A stretch of 64,000 bases of DNA from Gemmatimonadaceae bacterium (GTDB lineage: Bacteria; Gemmatimonadota; Gemmatimonadetes; Gemmatimonadales; Gemmatimonadaceae): positions 224,001 through 288,000 of the forward strand of contig JBHYGA010000005.1 in NCBI GenBank assembly GCA_051859245.1, written 5' to 3'. A program made the position numbers and the translations under genes. Shown in pieces: positions 51,501 to 61,054 of this stretch. The notes under the pieces are model-generated. The model searched no databases. It saw only the letters and a program-made list of their open reading frames with translations, and was not told the origin of the DNA. Within the stretch, counting starts at the first letter, position 1. Each line of letters opens with the position of its first letter.

Positions 51501-51660
51501 CGACTTCAATTATTAACGCTGACTGCTCACTTCGATTGCACGCGCAGAGTGCGAAGCCGAGGGCGAGCAGCGCGCCGCGCCATGATTTCGCCGTGACTCG
51601 CAACGTTCGGATTGATTCGGGCATGAACGTCTGCAGTACAGGCAAAAGGGTGGGCAACAT
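48586..51660 (-). CDS. TPR-like helical protein with C-terminal CHAT (caspase-fold) protease domain; probable lipoprotein or exported
   Basis: N-terminal LLALGFALCAC; CHAT motifs LPGAQSEV, IVHFAGHA (His), VVLAACDT (Cys), AFREAGA..VIGASWAIDD, ALREAQL and WAAF. Confidence 0.88.
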   Translation of the reverse strand: MLPTLLPVLQTFMPESIRTLRVTAKSWRGALLALGFALCACNRSEQSALIIEVAPFAKNWRFAAALSALPGHTCDTIYLAAPQPSCTSSTRVAAPSDLQELAAIESSLAARHTSSPTPESAHQLALVQLVAAADSVGVDRAIALLTEAVLAAPARAQFSNDLAATLLLRYSVNRRLPDLLQAAELASTFVNRDNPDRLSCWNAIVSLAWLSLRQQIARTRDHCERSCARLQCKLPVIIDNSPPLGTDERAIALSGQWPDAAWDYATTQLLPEWAQRFASGDSLRETTLRRDLLHIHQNLQSQLADSSIGHAISSISQARAGSERQRSLVRAADLYAQARRKTRVHGALTADAMFDSVATLTRASDELRLWAAMYRTNNLLTSGRSREALRAYRALGAGQRSPTTVLGGRLAFNEGLALMALGEQVSGLQRVELQAERCGAIGRNECALSAYAMAASIATLVGDDERSEQNTQRALERSVVPLGASRWSLLSVLRQTAEIYGHHTLSDLLHQEAVHVAQQLARPDLVAQELVLRAHSRSRQRDSAGLRRVIGSLDSVVHAQLAESDQRFYRAERSWIKGEYQLLTRQRGARALLDSSIALMASDTNSARQLRPRLSLARAIAQEGDTVTALRVLDSLLRSLEARSGENTSLSERVRLSESAVSAGEAAAELLRKRGDAEALLYALSARPFMAARLPTWDSDTTRLDLAARRLGDTVFVWSRNGGGWSVHRSYLPARTVHSAIRTLETSQLSTLFTALVAPALATSSRAVRAIRIDARGDLSDVSWAALFDASADRFLIERAAIWLTNDIGQRLTNETRLNRARVLVIDAAPRSGSRALPGAQSEVQRLSAVWDNQSEALDAAQGATQTLARMPAYEIVHFAGHAVLHPERPERSYLELPANGDTRITGVQVAAASFPRTALVVLAACDTRGGVRAGASNNTSRFGGGMLSLASAFREAGAKHVIGASWAIDDQATAAIMEQLHVALRGGATPAHALREAQLAGLRSQDPTRRSPRVWAAFQLLGS

Positions 51661-51763
51661 CGCCGCCCAATTGTCTGCTCTTTGAAGACATTGTCAAGCA
51701 GCCGTCTCGGGGTGAAGGTCTCGTAGCGGCGAGTTAGCGAGCTCTGCTATTGGCAAGCGTGTC

Positions 51764-51789
51764 GAGAAAACTGCGTGCCGTGTCCGTCT
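51764..51789 (+). promoter_or_regulatory. Putative ECF-sigma promoter, copy C
   Basis: GAGAAAA-ctgcgtgccg-TGTCCGTCT, upstream of the PEP-CTERM gene. Confidence 0.6.
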
Positions 51790-51899
51790 AAACCGAAAGC
51801 GGCAGCTCCCATGACGACATGAGATTTCGTGCCATCGTCAAGAGCTGATCTCCACGCAGACGCCCACAAGCCCACACGCCCAAACGCGAGAGGTCCAAC

Positions 51900-52973
51900 A
51901 TGAAAACCATCACTGTGCGCAGCGGACAAGCAACATCGCCCAATCGTGAGTCGATGGGAGCCACGGACTTCCTCAGGCACACGCTGCTCGTCGCGCTTTC
52001 TTTGATTGCAATTGGACCGCTCGACGCGCAGTCTGTGTTCACGCGGTCCCGCGTGGACGCTGATGTAATCCCGAGCTACTATTTCGCAGCGCAGCCGAGC
52101 ACTGCGGGCTGTCAACAGATCGGTTCAGGCGCAGGCTCGGCCAGCTCGGGCGTATCATGCATCCCAGGTTCGGGCGTGAGCGGTGAGGCCTCTGCAAGCC
52201 TCCAGAATGGCGTGTTGCGGTCGCGCGCTCGTCTCAGCGCGAGCAACGGTAGTTTTGCACCGGCCGGATCGAGTGGCGCGGACTTCATGGCAGTGTCTCG
52301 CGTTGACTACTCCGATCGCATCACGTTTTCGGTGCCAATCGGCGTGACGCTCACATCGTACCGGTTTCTGATTGATTGGGGCGGCCAGATGGTGGAGCCA
52401 ACGGCCAGCGTCGCCGGGCTTTCAACATTCTCGCTCGGCGCACTCTACTTCATTGGCAGCGGTGGACCATTCTCGCCGTTCGGCTGGGTCGGCATCACGC
52501 GTTCGTTCTCCGGACTGCCGTCTGACAATCTGGTCGTGCAGGAGTTTGAAGGCTCCTTCGACGGAACGGCCACGCGCGCGCCCGATGCGTTCGGCAGTAC
52601 GGTTACGACGATCAACGGTGTCTCGGCGTTTGACGGACTGCTGACATCAAACACATTGGACTTTACCTTCGCGCACACCAGTGAAGTTCAATGGCGCAAC
52701 CTGTCCTCGAACGTCGTGTCAGGCGTTTCACAGGAGCTCTATTCCGACTTCTCAAACTCAGCGCGCATTGCCGGGCTCCGATTGTTCGATGGCGACCGTG
52801 ATGTCACTGACCGCGTGGGTGTGAGCTTTGCGTCCGGCTTTCAGCTACCGGTTGAGGTGCCTGAACCGTCGAGCGCGCTCCTGACGATTGTTGGCGTGCT
52901 GGGATTGCTCGCGCATCGAATTCGGTGTGCGGGGCGTCGTGCACACCGACAGCGATTGGTCGCCAGCAGATAA
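51900..52973 (+). CDS. PEP-CTERM sorting-domain surface protein
   Basis: GAGAGG ribosome-binding site; signal peptide; Ser/Gly/Thr-rich body; C-terminal VPEPSSALLTIVGVLGLLAHRIR. Confidence 0.85.
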   Translation: MKTITVRSGQATSPNRESMGATDFLRHTLLVALSLIAIGPLDAQSVFTRSRVDADVIPSYYFAAQPSTAGCQQIGSGAGSASSGVSCIPGSGVSGEASASLQNGVLRSRARLSASNGSFAPAGSSGADFMAVSRVDYSDRITFSVPIGVTLTSYRFLIDWGGQMVEPTASVAGLSTFSLGALYFIGSGGPFSPFGWVGITRSFSGLPSDNLVVQEFEGSFDGTATRAPDAFGSTVTTINGVSAFDGLLTSNTLDFTFAHTSEVQWRNLSSNVVSGVSQELYSDFSNSARIAGLRLFDGDRDVTDRVGVSFASGFQLPVEVPEPSSALLTIVGVLGLLAHRIRCAGRRAHRQRLVASR

Positions 52974-53026
52974 GCATGTAGGCGCAAGCAACGACATCCT
53001 CGACGATTTAGCATTATGCGCCCCGT

Positions 53027-56000
53027 TTACTCCGGTGACGATACTTCTGCGAGAGTTCGTTCGACGTCCCACCGCATCAGCCGGCCCGCACGGTCCACGC
53101 CGTACAATGACTTACCATCCGGCGAAAACTCGACGCCTTGGATTTCAGAGCTCGAGGCGACTAGACGGGCCAGCCGCCGGCCGCTCTTGAGCTCGAAGAC
53201 GCGAACAAATGCTCGCTCGTTCGATGTCCCAAACGTCGCGGCAAGTCGGCCATCTGGAGAGACGGCGACTCGTGCGGAAGCATACTCCTGTAGTCTTTCG
53301 GGCGGCACGCTGTCAGCGCCGCTCCAGCTGGCGATCTGGAGCTCTCTGGTCTCTCTCGTAGAGAGGAGCATGCCGCAGCACTCTGGCAGCGGCGTCAGCG
53401 CCCTCACCTCGATTGGTGAACGTGAGCGCGCGACAACACTGCCGGTCGCAGTCTCGAGCCGCAGCAAGGTAGCATCTTCGGCTGCAACAACGAGAAACCG
53501 TTCGTCAGCGGTGAACGACAGCGCCGTGACAGTTGCTCCGCTCTCACGCAGCCGCAACTTCTCTACGCCTGTGTTGGCGTCAAGCAGTCTCACAACGCCA
53601 TCTCGATCACCGACCGCCACCAGCGCTCCCCCTGCCGAAACTGCCACGGATGTGAAGACGTCGGAAGGATCTTGCCACTCCCATATCGTTTCATTCGTTC
53701 GCAAGTCTTCAACCCTGAGGTGTGGAAAGAAGCCGTTGATAACGGCGACACGGTCGGTCTCGGGGATGCCGACCGCCATTTGGATCGACGAACTCTGCTC
53801 CGACTTACGCCGACCGATGATCTTGCCACTTGGGATCTCAACAAACAGTAACTCGCCTGAATGGGCTCCCAGCACGAGTGCGTTGCGGCGCCCTGAAAGA
53901 CCTACTGCCCGTATCCAAGCCGACAGACCGAAGTTTGCCGTTTCAACGGCATCGTAGTCGCGCTCGCGAAAAACAACTTCGCGAGCTGCCGTGCCTGCAA
54001 CGCTTTCATCGGCACCAGCCAGCCGCGCCATCTCGGTATTTCCTACTGATTCATCGAACGCCTCAAAACGTGGCGACACCGAGAAATCGAAAAACGCGGG
54101 CCGCTGAAACCTCTCCTGTTTTCCCTTGCGAGCCCCGGAAAAGCCAAAGCCGCGATTGGCAGGTTTGAACTCGCCAGTTACCACCTCGCGGTGTAGCGCT
54201 GGCACCCGCGCGGCTCCGAAGGCCAGCCACTCCGATAGCTGAATTGATCCGTCGGTCGGCTTAAAGTCAGCCAAGCCCTGACGTAATCCTTCCTCCAGTA
54301 GGACATAGCTGAGGAGCCCTTGCCGCAGTTTTCCGCTCTCCAGAGCCACGTCTGCCGCCTGACTGGCGGTAAGCACGAGCATCTGCTTGTCGTAAGCAAG
54401 CTGACCGAGTGCCGGGCTGGCGAAAGGTCCTGGCCGAAAATCCGAACCCTCCACGCTTGCAGCGGAGTGACACGCGTCGAGGATCAGCGTGATTTCGGAA
54501 TCCACGGGTCGTAACCACTGCGCCAGCTCAGTACTCGAAATCGCCCTCGAAAGAAGCGACTCGTCAAACACTGAGCCTCCGTTTCGAGCTGGTCCGACGT
54601 CTTCCGGAAGAAAGTAGAAGATCCCATTTGGGGCGGTGTAGCCATGTGTTGAGATACTGATCACAACCAGATCTCTCGGTCCGACTTTTTGCAGCTTATC
54701 CGCCGATGGGATTTGCGCGCGTAGCGCCGGTTCGATTTCGGCTCCCGCAAGCAACGCCAGGATTCCTCGGAGTACTGCTTTCGTCGCGAGTGTTCGATCT
54801 GCAGCACCACGCTCGGCAATGAGCGGTACGGCGACCACGGCGTCAAAGTCGTTCGTTGCCGTGATTGTGCTCCAGAGCGTCTGCTGAAACAGGCGTGCAT
54901 CGCGCGCGGCATAGGAAAGATTCCAGTATGGATCGCTGTAGTCATTAACGCCCATCGAAATGACGTACGCTCTGCGATTCTCTGGGGCGTTCCAGCTGTC
55001 GGATCCCGGGCGTGCTGGCACAGACAAGGTTCGGGACGCGACCACGCCGCGAACGCCATCGTCGCTGAAGGCCGCTGCCGTAAAGGTCACCTCGCGTTGA
55101 GCGTTTCCCGATGGTAGCAGAATGTTCGGCCACGTCACCCTGGTACTTCCGTCCTTGTCCAGATCCAGTCGCTCCGCTTGCGAGGCGACAAGTCGTCCGT
55201 TTCGGAATAACTGAAGATCACGAGCACCGCTCGCCATCGCGCCGCGCCGTTCCTCACGAACTTCGACGGAGACGGAGACCGACTGGAAATCCGGAGCAAC
55301 CTTAAAGGCTGCAATTTTGGACGATGGGCGGAGAATCGCTTGGTTGGGGCGAGGACTCAACTGGGGCATTGAATCGCCAGCGGCGACGATGGCAACGAGC
55401 CGAGGTTGAAAGCGATCGCGCATAACGCTCTCGAGCGGAATTGGCTCTGCCCGATTCTCACCTTCAACCAAGCCGAGCCCGTCGAGGGCACGCAGATCGC
55501 CTGCATCGAACCTTCCCTCAGGCGTCACGACTACCCAGCGATTTCGTTCGTCTGCCACAAACGTCAGAGTGGCGAGGGTTCGCAGATCTACGAGGTCCAT
55601 CAAATCAATAGTGCCGCTGTTGCTGCCCGCGGCGACAAGCCGCCCTTCCGAAACGATCGCGAGCGCTCGAAGGTCCTTCACAAAAGTGCGGTGGCTGACA
55701 CGCTGGCCGGTTTCGTACTCGAACCGAGAGACGTGCGACACGTCTTCGAAACCGTTTGTCGCCACTATTACGCTGCGATCGTCCGCCGACGGCACGATTG
55801 CCGTAACTCCACCCTCCACCGACCATCGGCGAATCTCTTTCCCGCTGTCCAACTCGCGGAGTGAGAGCCAACCGTACCCGCCTGTCAGTAGTCGGTCTCC
55901 GCGCTTGGTGGGCGCTATTACCGCGCGACTGGAGGACGCGTCAAGATCTGCGGGCCGAGTCGCGAAACGGCTCACCATACGTCCGCTTCGATCCCACACC

Positions 56001-56962
56001 TCGATTGAATCCGACGTCTGGATGACAACTCGGTCAGGCGTAAGGGCAACCGACAATATCTTGTTCGTCGTCTCGAACCGCACGCGATCGGAACCGTCGC
56101 TGTACAGCACCGCAACTGCCGTATCGACGACGAGCACTTTCTCTTCTCTCGATGCGACCGCGACACGGCGACCCGAATTCCACAACTTGGTAGCGAGAGC
56201 GTCAAGCGTATCCTGTGCCTGCCACGAGTCAACGCTTCTCACCACCGTTCGTTGCGCGCTGAGCGGCCCCTGCGTCATGTCGTCCGTTACTGCGAACTCG
56301 CCATCCGGCAGCAGCACCGCTTCCGTAGCCCTGTTACCACCCCACCGTACGTCGGCGGTGCTGAGATCCCAGAGTACGGTATTCCCGGAAGCCAGAACGG
56401 CAATTAGTCGACGTCCCAGAGTGTCTGAGGACAGAGTACGAACGCCACTGTCCCATTTTGGATCACCCGATGTGACGACTAGCTGTGCGTCAGTTATGGC
56501 GTCCAGTGCGTACGCACCACCCTTCTTGGGGATTAAACTGCTCGGGTGAATTGCGGTGATTCTGGTGAGTCGAACAGGACCATTCTGCGTCTTCGCGGAG
56601 ACGGAGTACTCTCCGGTGTTTCTCGCATGCGACGCGGTCACTACCACCACCCAGGTGCCTCCCTCTGTCGCAGTTGTGGTGATCCTTGAGTGTTTTTCCG
56701 ATCCTTCGTGGTCGTCGTTCTCAATGGATTCCCTCAAGGGCGACGCGAGTACTAAATGTGGGTCAAAGGCCGTTGAGCGAAGATCGACTACAAGTTGATC
56801 CCCGATGTTGACCTCGAGCTGATACAGGTGAAAGGGCTCACCACTTGAGTATCGCCGATCGGAAGACAGGAGTAGGCCCGATGCCGTTGACTGCGCGGAA
56901 GTCTTGCCTGGTGGCAAGGTGACAAGACACAGCAACAGCAAGAGAAGCGAATGCCGATTCAT
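53027..56962 (-). CDS. Exported caspase-family (peptidase C14) protein: PPC domain, WD40 propeller, caspase domain, second WD40 propeller
   Basis: Signal peptide; PPC motif DLRSTAFDPHL...ENDD; WVVVTPEGRFD; caspase GVNDY..NLSYAARDA, STHG and LDACHS; WD-type repeats on both sides. Confidence 0.87.
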   Translation of the reverse strand: MNRHSLLLLLLCLVTLPPGKTSAQSTASGLLLSSDRRYSSGEPFHLYQLEVNIGDQLVVDLRSTAFDPHLVLASPLRESIENDDHEGSEKHSRITTTATEGGTWVVVVTASHARNTGEYSVSAKTQNGPVRLTRITAIHPSSLIPKKGGAYALDAITDAQLVVTSGDPKWDSGVRTLSSDTLGRRLIAVLASGNTVLWDLSTADVRWGGNRATEAVLLPDGEFAVTDDMTQGPLSAQRTVVRSVDSWQAQDTLDALATKLWNSGRRVAVASREEKVLVVDTAVAVLYSDGSDRVRFETTNKILSVALTPDRVVIQTSDSIEVWDRSGRMVSRFATRPADLDASSSRAVIAPTKRGDRLLTGGYGWLSLRELDSGKEIRRWSVEGGVTAIVPSADDRSVIVATNGFEDVSHVSRFEYETGQRVSHRTFVKDLRALAIVSEGRLVAAGSNSGTIDLMDLVDLRTLATLTFVADERNRWVVVTPEGRFDAGDLRALDGLGLVEGENRAEPIPLESVMRDRFQPRLVAIVAAGDSMPQLSPRPNQAILRPSSKIAAFKVAPDFQSVSVSVEVREERRGAMASGARDLQLFRNGRLVASQAERLDLDKDGSTRVTWPNILLPSGNAQREVTFTAAAFSDDGVRGVVASRTLSVPARPGSDSWNAPENRRAYVISMGVNDYSDPYWNLSYAARDARLFQQTLWSTITATNDFDAVVAVPLIAERGAADRTLATKAVLRGILALLAGAEIEPALRAQIPSADKLQKVGPRDLVVISISTHGYTAPNGIFYFLPEDVGPARNGGSVFDESLLSRAISSTELAQWLRPVDSEITLILDACHSAASVEGSDFRPGPFASPALGQLAYDKQMLVLTASQAADVALESGKLRQGLLSYVLLEEGLRQGLADFKPTDGSIQLSEWLAFGAARVPALHREVVTGEFKPANRGFGFSGARKGKQERFQRPAFFDFSVSPRFEAFDESVGNTEMARLAGADESVAGTAAREVVFRERDYDAVETANFGLSAWIRAVGLSGRRNALVLGAHSGELLFVEIPSGKIIGRRKSEQSSSIQMAVGIPETDRVAVINGFFPHLRVEDLRTNETIWEWQDPSDVFTSVAVSAGGALVAVGDRDGVVRLLDANTGVEKLRLRESGATVTALSFTADERFLVVAAEDATLLRLETATGSVVARSRSPIEVRALTPLPECCGMLLSTRETRELQIASWSGADSVPPERLQEYASARVAVSPDGRLAATFGTSNERAFVRVFELKSGRRLARLVASSSEIQGVEFSPDGKSLYGVDRAGRLMRWDVERTLAEVSSPE

Positions 56963-57167
56963 CCCTGTAAATCCTTCGGTGATCAGTTATACGAGCGAGA
57001 AACCGATGCGCCGGTACCCCGGCGCGCACCATTCAACGGCACTACTGGTCGGGCTGCTGCGTGACTCGTTCAGTCTATGCTTCAGGCAGAAACGCATGCA
57101 TGGAAACCGACGACAAGGGAGGGGCTCTTTCGAAATTCCGTTTACGCCTTCCGTTCCCGCTTCTTCA

Positions 57168-57680
57168 CTAGGTGATCAACCGAATTCCCAGTTTTGTCGT
57201 TTCCCCTTCGCCTCCAGGTGACGCAGTGGTCTCGCCGAGCGTGGCACTCTGTTCGGCGAGCACCCGCAACGTCGTACGAACGCCAGCCGCCGCTGCGATC
57301 GCCGACGTGATGATATCATGCGGCGTCTCATCCCAGATGAGCGGCCAGCCTTCCAGTCGCTCGGCCCAGCTCGTGGACAACGCACACGCCAGGCGAACTT
57401 CTTCCTGAAGAATCGCCGACGCGAACGGCGAACCGCGGCCGGGCAGGGTCCGGCACGCGTGCGCGTTCTGCTCGACCCAATAAACGGCCTGTCGAATCTC
57501 GGACGCCTTCTCGCGAGCGAGACGGGTGTATCGAAGGTGCTCATCGGCCGCCGATAAGACGGACTGCACGGAGATCGCGTCCGTCAGCTGTGTCAGCAGG
57601 AAAAACATCGCGTCCTCCAGCGCCTGCGCCAGGATGAGACGAAGCTTCACGTCTTCTGTATGGGATTTGGTATCGGACAT
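57168..57680 (-). CDS. Hypothetical helical protein
   Basis: 170-aa ORF filling the gap; no recognisable motif. Confidence 0.4.
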   Translation of the reverse strand: MSDTKSHTEDVKLRLILAQALEDAMFFLLTQLTDAISVQSVLSAADEHLRYTRLAREKASEIRQAVYWVEQNAHACRTLPGRGSPFASAILQEEVRLACALSTSWAERLEGWPLIWDETPHDIITSAIAAAAGVRTTLRVLAEQSATLGETTASPGGEGETTKLGIRLIT

Positions 57681-57926
57681 GCAAATCACAGACGGGAGGT
57701 GAGGGCGCACGACATGCGTAACACATGACGCTCGTGGTTCGGATCGTCACCCCAGGCCGATGCAGGCGGCGGTGGGCGTAGCAGCCGGAACGATGAGGCG
57801 ATTGAGCGCCGTTGACGAATCAGCGGTTTACCGGCATTTGTCCATCAGATACGCTCCACCCCAATTGGCGAGCGTGCTGCAGGGCCACACGTTGCTCTCC
57901 TTCCCTCATACTTGCGTCCGTATTCC

Positions 57927-59807
57927 ATGATCTCTCCACGATGTGCAGCGCTGGTGGTCGCGTTTCTGCTCGGCAGCACACCTGCCACGGGAGAGGCGCA
58001 AGCAAACTTCAATCCGAGTTCGCCCGAAGAGCTGCGAGCCCTCGGTCGCTCCATACTTGCAGAAGAGGTCAGCAGCTCCGGTCGTGACCTCAATCCCGTG
58101 TGGCGGAAAGACGTGTCGATGATCATCGACAGTGTGCATAAAGCGGCGGCGTACCGGGCACATCCGGTGCGATGGGAAATCATCGGCGACTCGTCAATCA
58201 ACGCGAGCGCACTCCCGGGTGGCGTGATGATCATCAATGTGGGCCTCCCGGTGTTTTGCACCGATGTCGGAGAGCACAAGTTCCCAAGGGATGCCGCGAA
58301 GGCGCGTCGCGAATACATTGGCTGCCTCGCGGCAGTCATCGGGCACGAGTTCGGTCATCTGGCGCTTGGCCATAGCGACTCCGTCGCAGCAACCACGAAG
58401 CGTCGCCGCGAGATCGCCAGACGCAGTGATGCCGCACGTGGAATCGTTGGCGCGGTACGCGACACCGCACTGATGGGCGGACTACGTCTGGAGCGCGCGC
58501 GCGAGTTGGAAGCAGACGAAGCCGGCGCGCTCTACTTGCTCCGTTCCGGCTGGGAAGTACAGGACGCAATCAACTTGCACATGTCTCTGGACTCAGTGAG
58601 TCGCGAGGAAGGGGACTCGCAGGGGCAGCTGACATGGCTTGAGGGACATCCGCGATCGTCTGAGCGGGCGGCATTGCTCGAGGGGCGGCGCGCTCGGATC
58701 AAGCTGTTGCAGCGCGATCTTGATGATGCGCTCTCGTTGATTCGTCACGACGTGCTGCCCGATAGCGCGTTGGCCATGCTCAATCGCGTCCTCACCGATC
58801 TGCCGTACCTTGCCGCGGCGAAACATGCGCGCGCGGTATTGCTGGCGCGGCGCTGGCTGGCCACGGCGAGTGTGAGTGATCTCAAAGTGCGTCCGACCAT
58901 GTCGGTATACGACGCGCAGTTCATGGCCTCGATCCGTGGCGGCGACGCGAACGCGCTGCGGTTGGCGCGCGAGGCGTTTCGTTCTGCGCTGACGTCGAAT
59001 GAACATCCGTATACGTTGGCCAACCTCGCTGTGCTTGACGCGTACGCCGGTGACTCAGCCCTGGCGCGTCGGCGCGCCGAAACCGCAGCCGCGCGTATGC
59101 CGAACGATGCGGAGGTGCAGAATAATCTGGGCGTGGTGCATTTCGTGGCAGGCCGCATACGCCAGGCACGCGCGGCATTTGATCGGGCCGAAACACTGCT
59201 CGACGAAGACCTGACGCCGGCCGTCGCATTCAATGTCGCGCGTGCAGCGCTCGCGGCTGGTGACCGCGCCACCGCCATTCCGCTGCTCGAGCAATACGCC
59301 GCCTATGACGAGTCGACGGCATGGGGCAAGCACGCCGCGCAGCTTGCCAGAGACGCTGCGGGAACTCGCACGCCAAAGACGACTGAGCAAGTGCCGACAG
59401 CGTCCAGCGGATCGACACCAAACCTTCCATTGGCCCGCGCTCCGCTGGTAGCAGGCATCGCGCTCGGAACGCCAGCCGCGCAGTTGTATCGAGCACTCGG
59501 CGCTCCTGGCGAACGGGACACCCTCGAGTACGGCGTGATGTGGCAGTACCCGAAGCAGGGCGTGTACTACATCGTTGGCGAAGAGGGCGGGGTGCTTGTC
59601 GCGTGCCTGTACACCGCAGCGGCGGGCAGCATTGCCGGAGTGCGCGTCGGCGACGGGTTAGCGGCCGCGCTTCGGATTCTCGGACCGATTACGGAACGTG
59701 AGCGCGATGGCAATGAACAAACGTTGTCATTTGATCGCGGTGAGTGGCAGATCGTTGTACATGCGGTGGACGGTGTCGTCGATCAGATTGGGTTGCGAAC
59801 ATCGTGA
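57927..59807 (+). CDS. Exported M48-family metallopeptidase with TPRs
   Basis: Signal peptide; INASALPGG, HEFGH, RELEADEAG and HPRSSER; TPR motifs (NNLGV..F..G, FNVARA). Confidence 0.88.
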   Translation: MISPRCAALVVAFLLGSTPATGEAQANFNPSSPEELRALGRSILAEEVSSSGRDLNPVWRKDVSMIIDSVHKAAAYRAHPVRWEIIGDSSINASALPGGVMIINVGLPVFCTDVGEHKFPRDAAKARREYIGCLAAVIGHEFGHLALGHSDSVAATTKRRREIARRSDAARGIVGAVRDTALMGGLRLERARELEADEAGALYLLRSGWEVQDAINLHMSLDSVSREEGDSQGQLTWLEGHPRSSERAALLEGRRARIKLLQRDLDDALSLIRHDVLPDSALAMLNRVLTDLPYLAAAKHARAVLLARRWLATASVSDLKVRPTMSVYDAQFMASIRGGDANALRLAREAFRSALTSNEHPYTLANLAVLDAYAGDSALARRRAETAAARMPNDAEVQNNLGVVHFVAGRIRQARAAFDRAETLLDEDLTPAVAFNVARAALAAGDRATAIPLLEQYAAYDESTAWGKHAAQLARDAAGTRTPKTTEQVPTASSGSTPNLPLARAPLVAGIALGTPAAQLYRALGAPGERDTLEYGVMWQYPKQGVYYIVGEEGGVLVACLYTAAAGSIAGVRVGDGLAAALRILGPITERERDGNEQTLSFDRGEWQIVVHAVDGVVDQIGLRTS

Positions 59808-59815
59808 CGCGTTGA

Positions 59816-61054
59816 TCACGGTCTCACAATGTTTCCTCTGCCATCGTAGTTCGTAGTTGTCTCACTGGTCGGCGTTTTCTTTCGAATGCGCACTGGGTTT
59901 TCGCAGCACTCGCTGTAAAACCGTTCCGTCAGCGTGTCGCCTTCTTCTAGCAGGTGGCGCCACGTAAACCGACGACCGTCTTCAGTTGTGCGAATCTCCC
60001 ACTCGGCGCGTGAACGCTTAGTGACACTGATGCTGTCACGTTCGGTCACGCGCGTGCCGTACAGATCATCGTCGCCGTAATACTCGTATTCAGTCCACGT
60101 ACCGTCCCGATTGATGACTCGCGTGGCGTAGTTGGAAACGGGATCGTAGGTGATTGAGCGGAATGTCCCGTCTTCGTAATCAATGCGGGTCAAGTTGTGC
60201 AGGTCGTCAAAGGTGTAGCGATAACGATTGCCGTCTGCATCGGTGCTCTCGATGATGTCGCCGCGTGCATCGTGCTTGTACGATGCTGTTTTGACTGTTC
60301 CGCTTTGATTAGTCGCGACCACGCTGGTCAGGAAGCCTTGGTCGCTAACAGAAAAAACCGCCGTCGCGCCAGTGACTTTGCTGCGAACGCTGGCAATCCG
60401 TCCACGTTGGTCGTAGGACATCACGAGCGTTTCGGAGTTGCCGCCGGTTCGCGTGAGCCGACCTTCTTCATCAAACTCCAGCGTGTCGCTGTCGGTTCGA
60501 TTGAGGATGTAGCCGTCCCCTACCCGCAGCAGTTTTTCGCCGTCGCCGGACGACATCCAGCGTGTTCCCATTGGATGTCTCGCGGCTCGCAGCTTTGACG
60601 AATCCGATAGCAGTCGTGACCAGTAGGATCGTATTTCGAGATTCTCTCGCAGCTCGGCGCGAAACGCAGCGGCTTCGTCCGGATCGGCTTTCCATCCCAT
60701 GGCCACTCGTCCAGCAACGATCTCACGAACTGCGTTTCCGATTGCGGCCTCACTCGGAAAGGGCGCGGGGAAGAATGACGTCAAGCCGCCGCCCCAGTAG
60801 ATCACCGTGACTCCACCGTCAGCAAGCGGAAGCAGGCGACTCCCTCCAATCCAGCCCCAGCCGTATCCGAAAATGCTGGTGGTCGTAGCTTTCGAGTTAT
60901 AGGCCCGTTGGATCTCCAATCCTTCAAGTCTGAGGTCGGTATACGACACACTGTAGTTGCCATTCTTCCAGTTGACCTGCGATCGAGCAGTGCACGGAAT
61001 CACAAGAAGTACGGCGGCTGTAGATAAAGCCCGAATTGCGGCGGACACGTTCAT
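59816..61054 (-). CDS. Exported YD-repeat (Rhs-like, DUF6531-type N-terminus) protein without toxin domain
   Basis: Signal peptide; RAYNS...FGYGW; repeats FDEEGRL, YDQRGRI, HDARGDI, FDDLHNL and YDGRGNI; no DPxG core; ATGA-coupled to the upstream caspase. Confidence 0.8.
   Translation of the reverse strand: MNVSAAIRALSTAAVLLVIPCTARSQVNWKNGNYSVSYTDLRLEGLEIQRAYNSKATTTSIFGYGWGWIGGSRLLPLADGGVTVIYWGGGLTSFFPAPFPSEAAIGNAVREIVAGRVAMGWKADPDEAAAFRAELRENLEIRSYWSRLLSDSSKLRAARHPMGTRWMSSGDGEKLLRVGDGYILNRTDSDTLEFDEEGRLTRTGGNSETLVMSYDQRGRIASVRSKVTGATAVFSVSDQGFLTSVVATNQSGTVKTASYKHDARGDIIESTDADGNRYRYTFDDLHNLTRIDYEDGTFRSITYDPVSNYATRVINRDGTWTEYEYYGDDDLYGTRVTERDSISVTKRSRAEWEIRTTEDGRRFTWRHLLEEGDTLTERFYSECCENPVRIRKKTPTSETTTNYDGRGNIVRP

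Noticed and set aside
57822..57847. Fourth ECF promoter copy (TGTCCATCA) upstream of the M48 gene
   Set aside because: Only the downstream half matches; the -35 position reads AGCGGTT instead of GAGAAAA.
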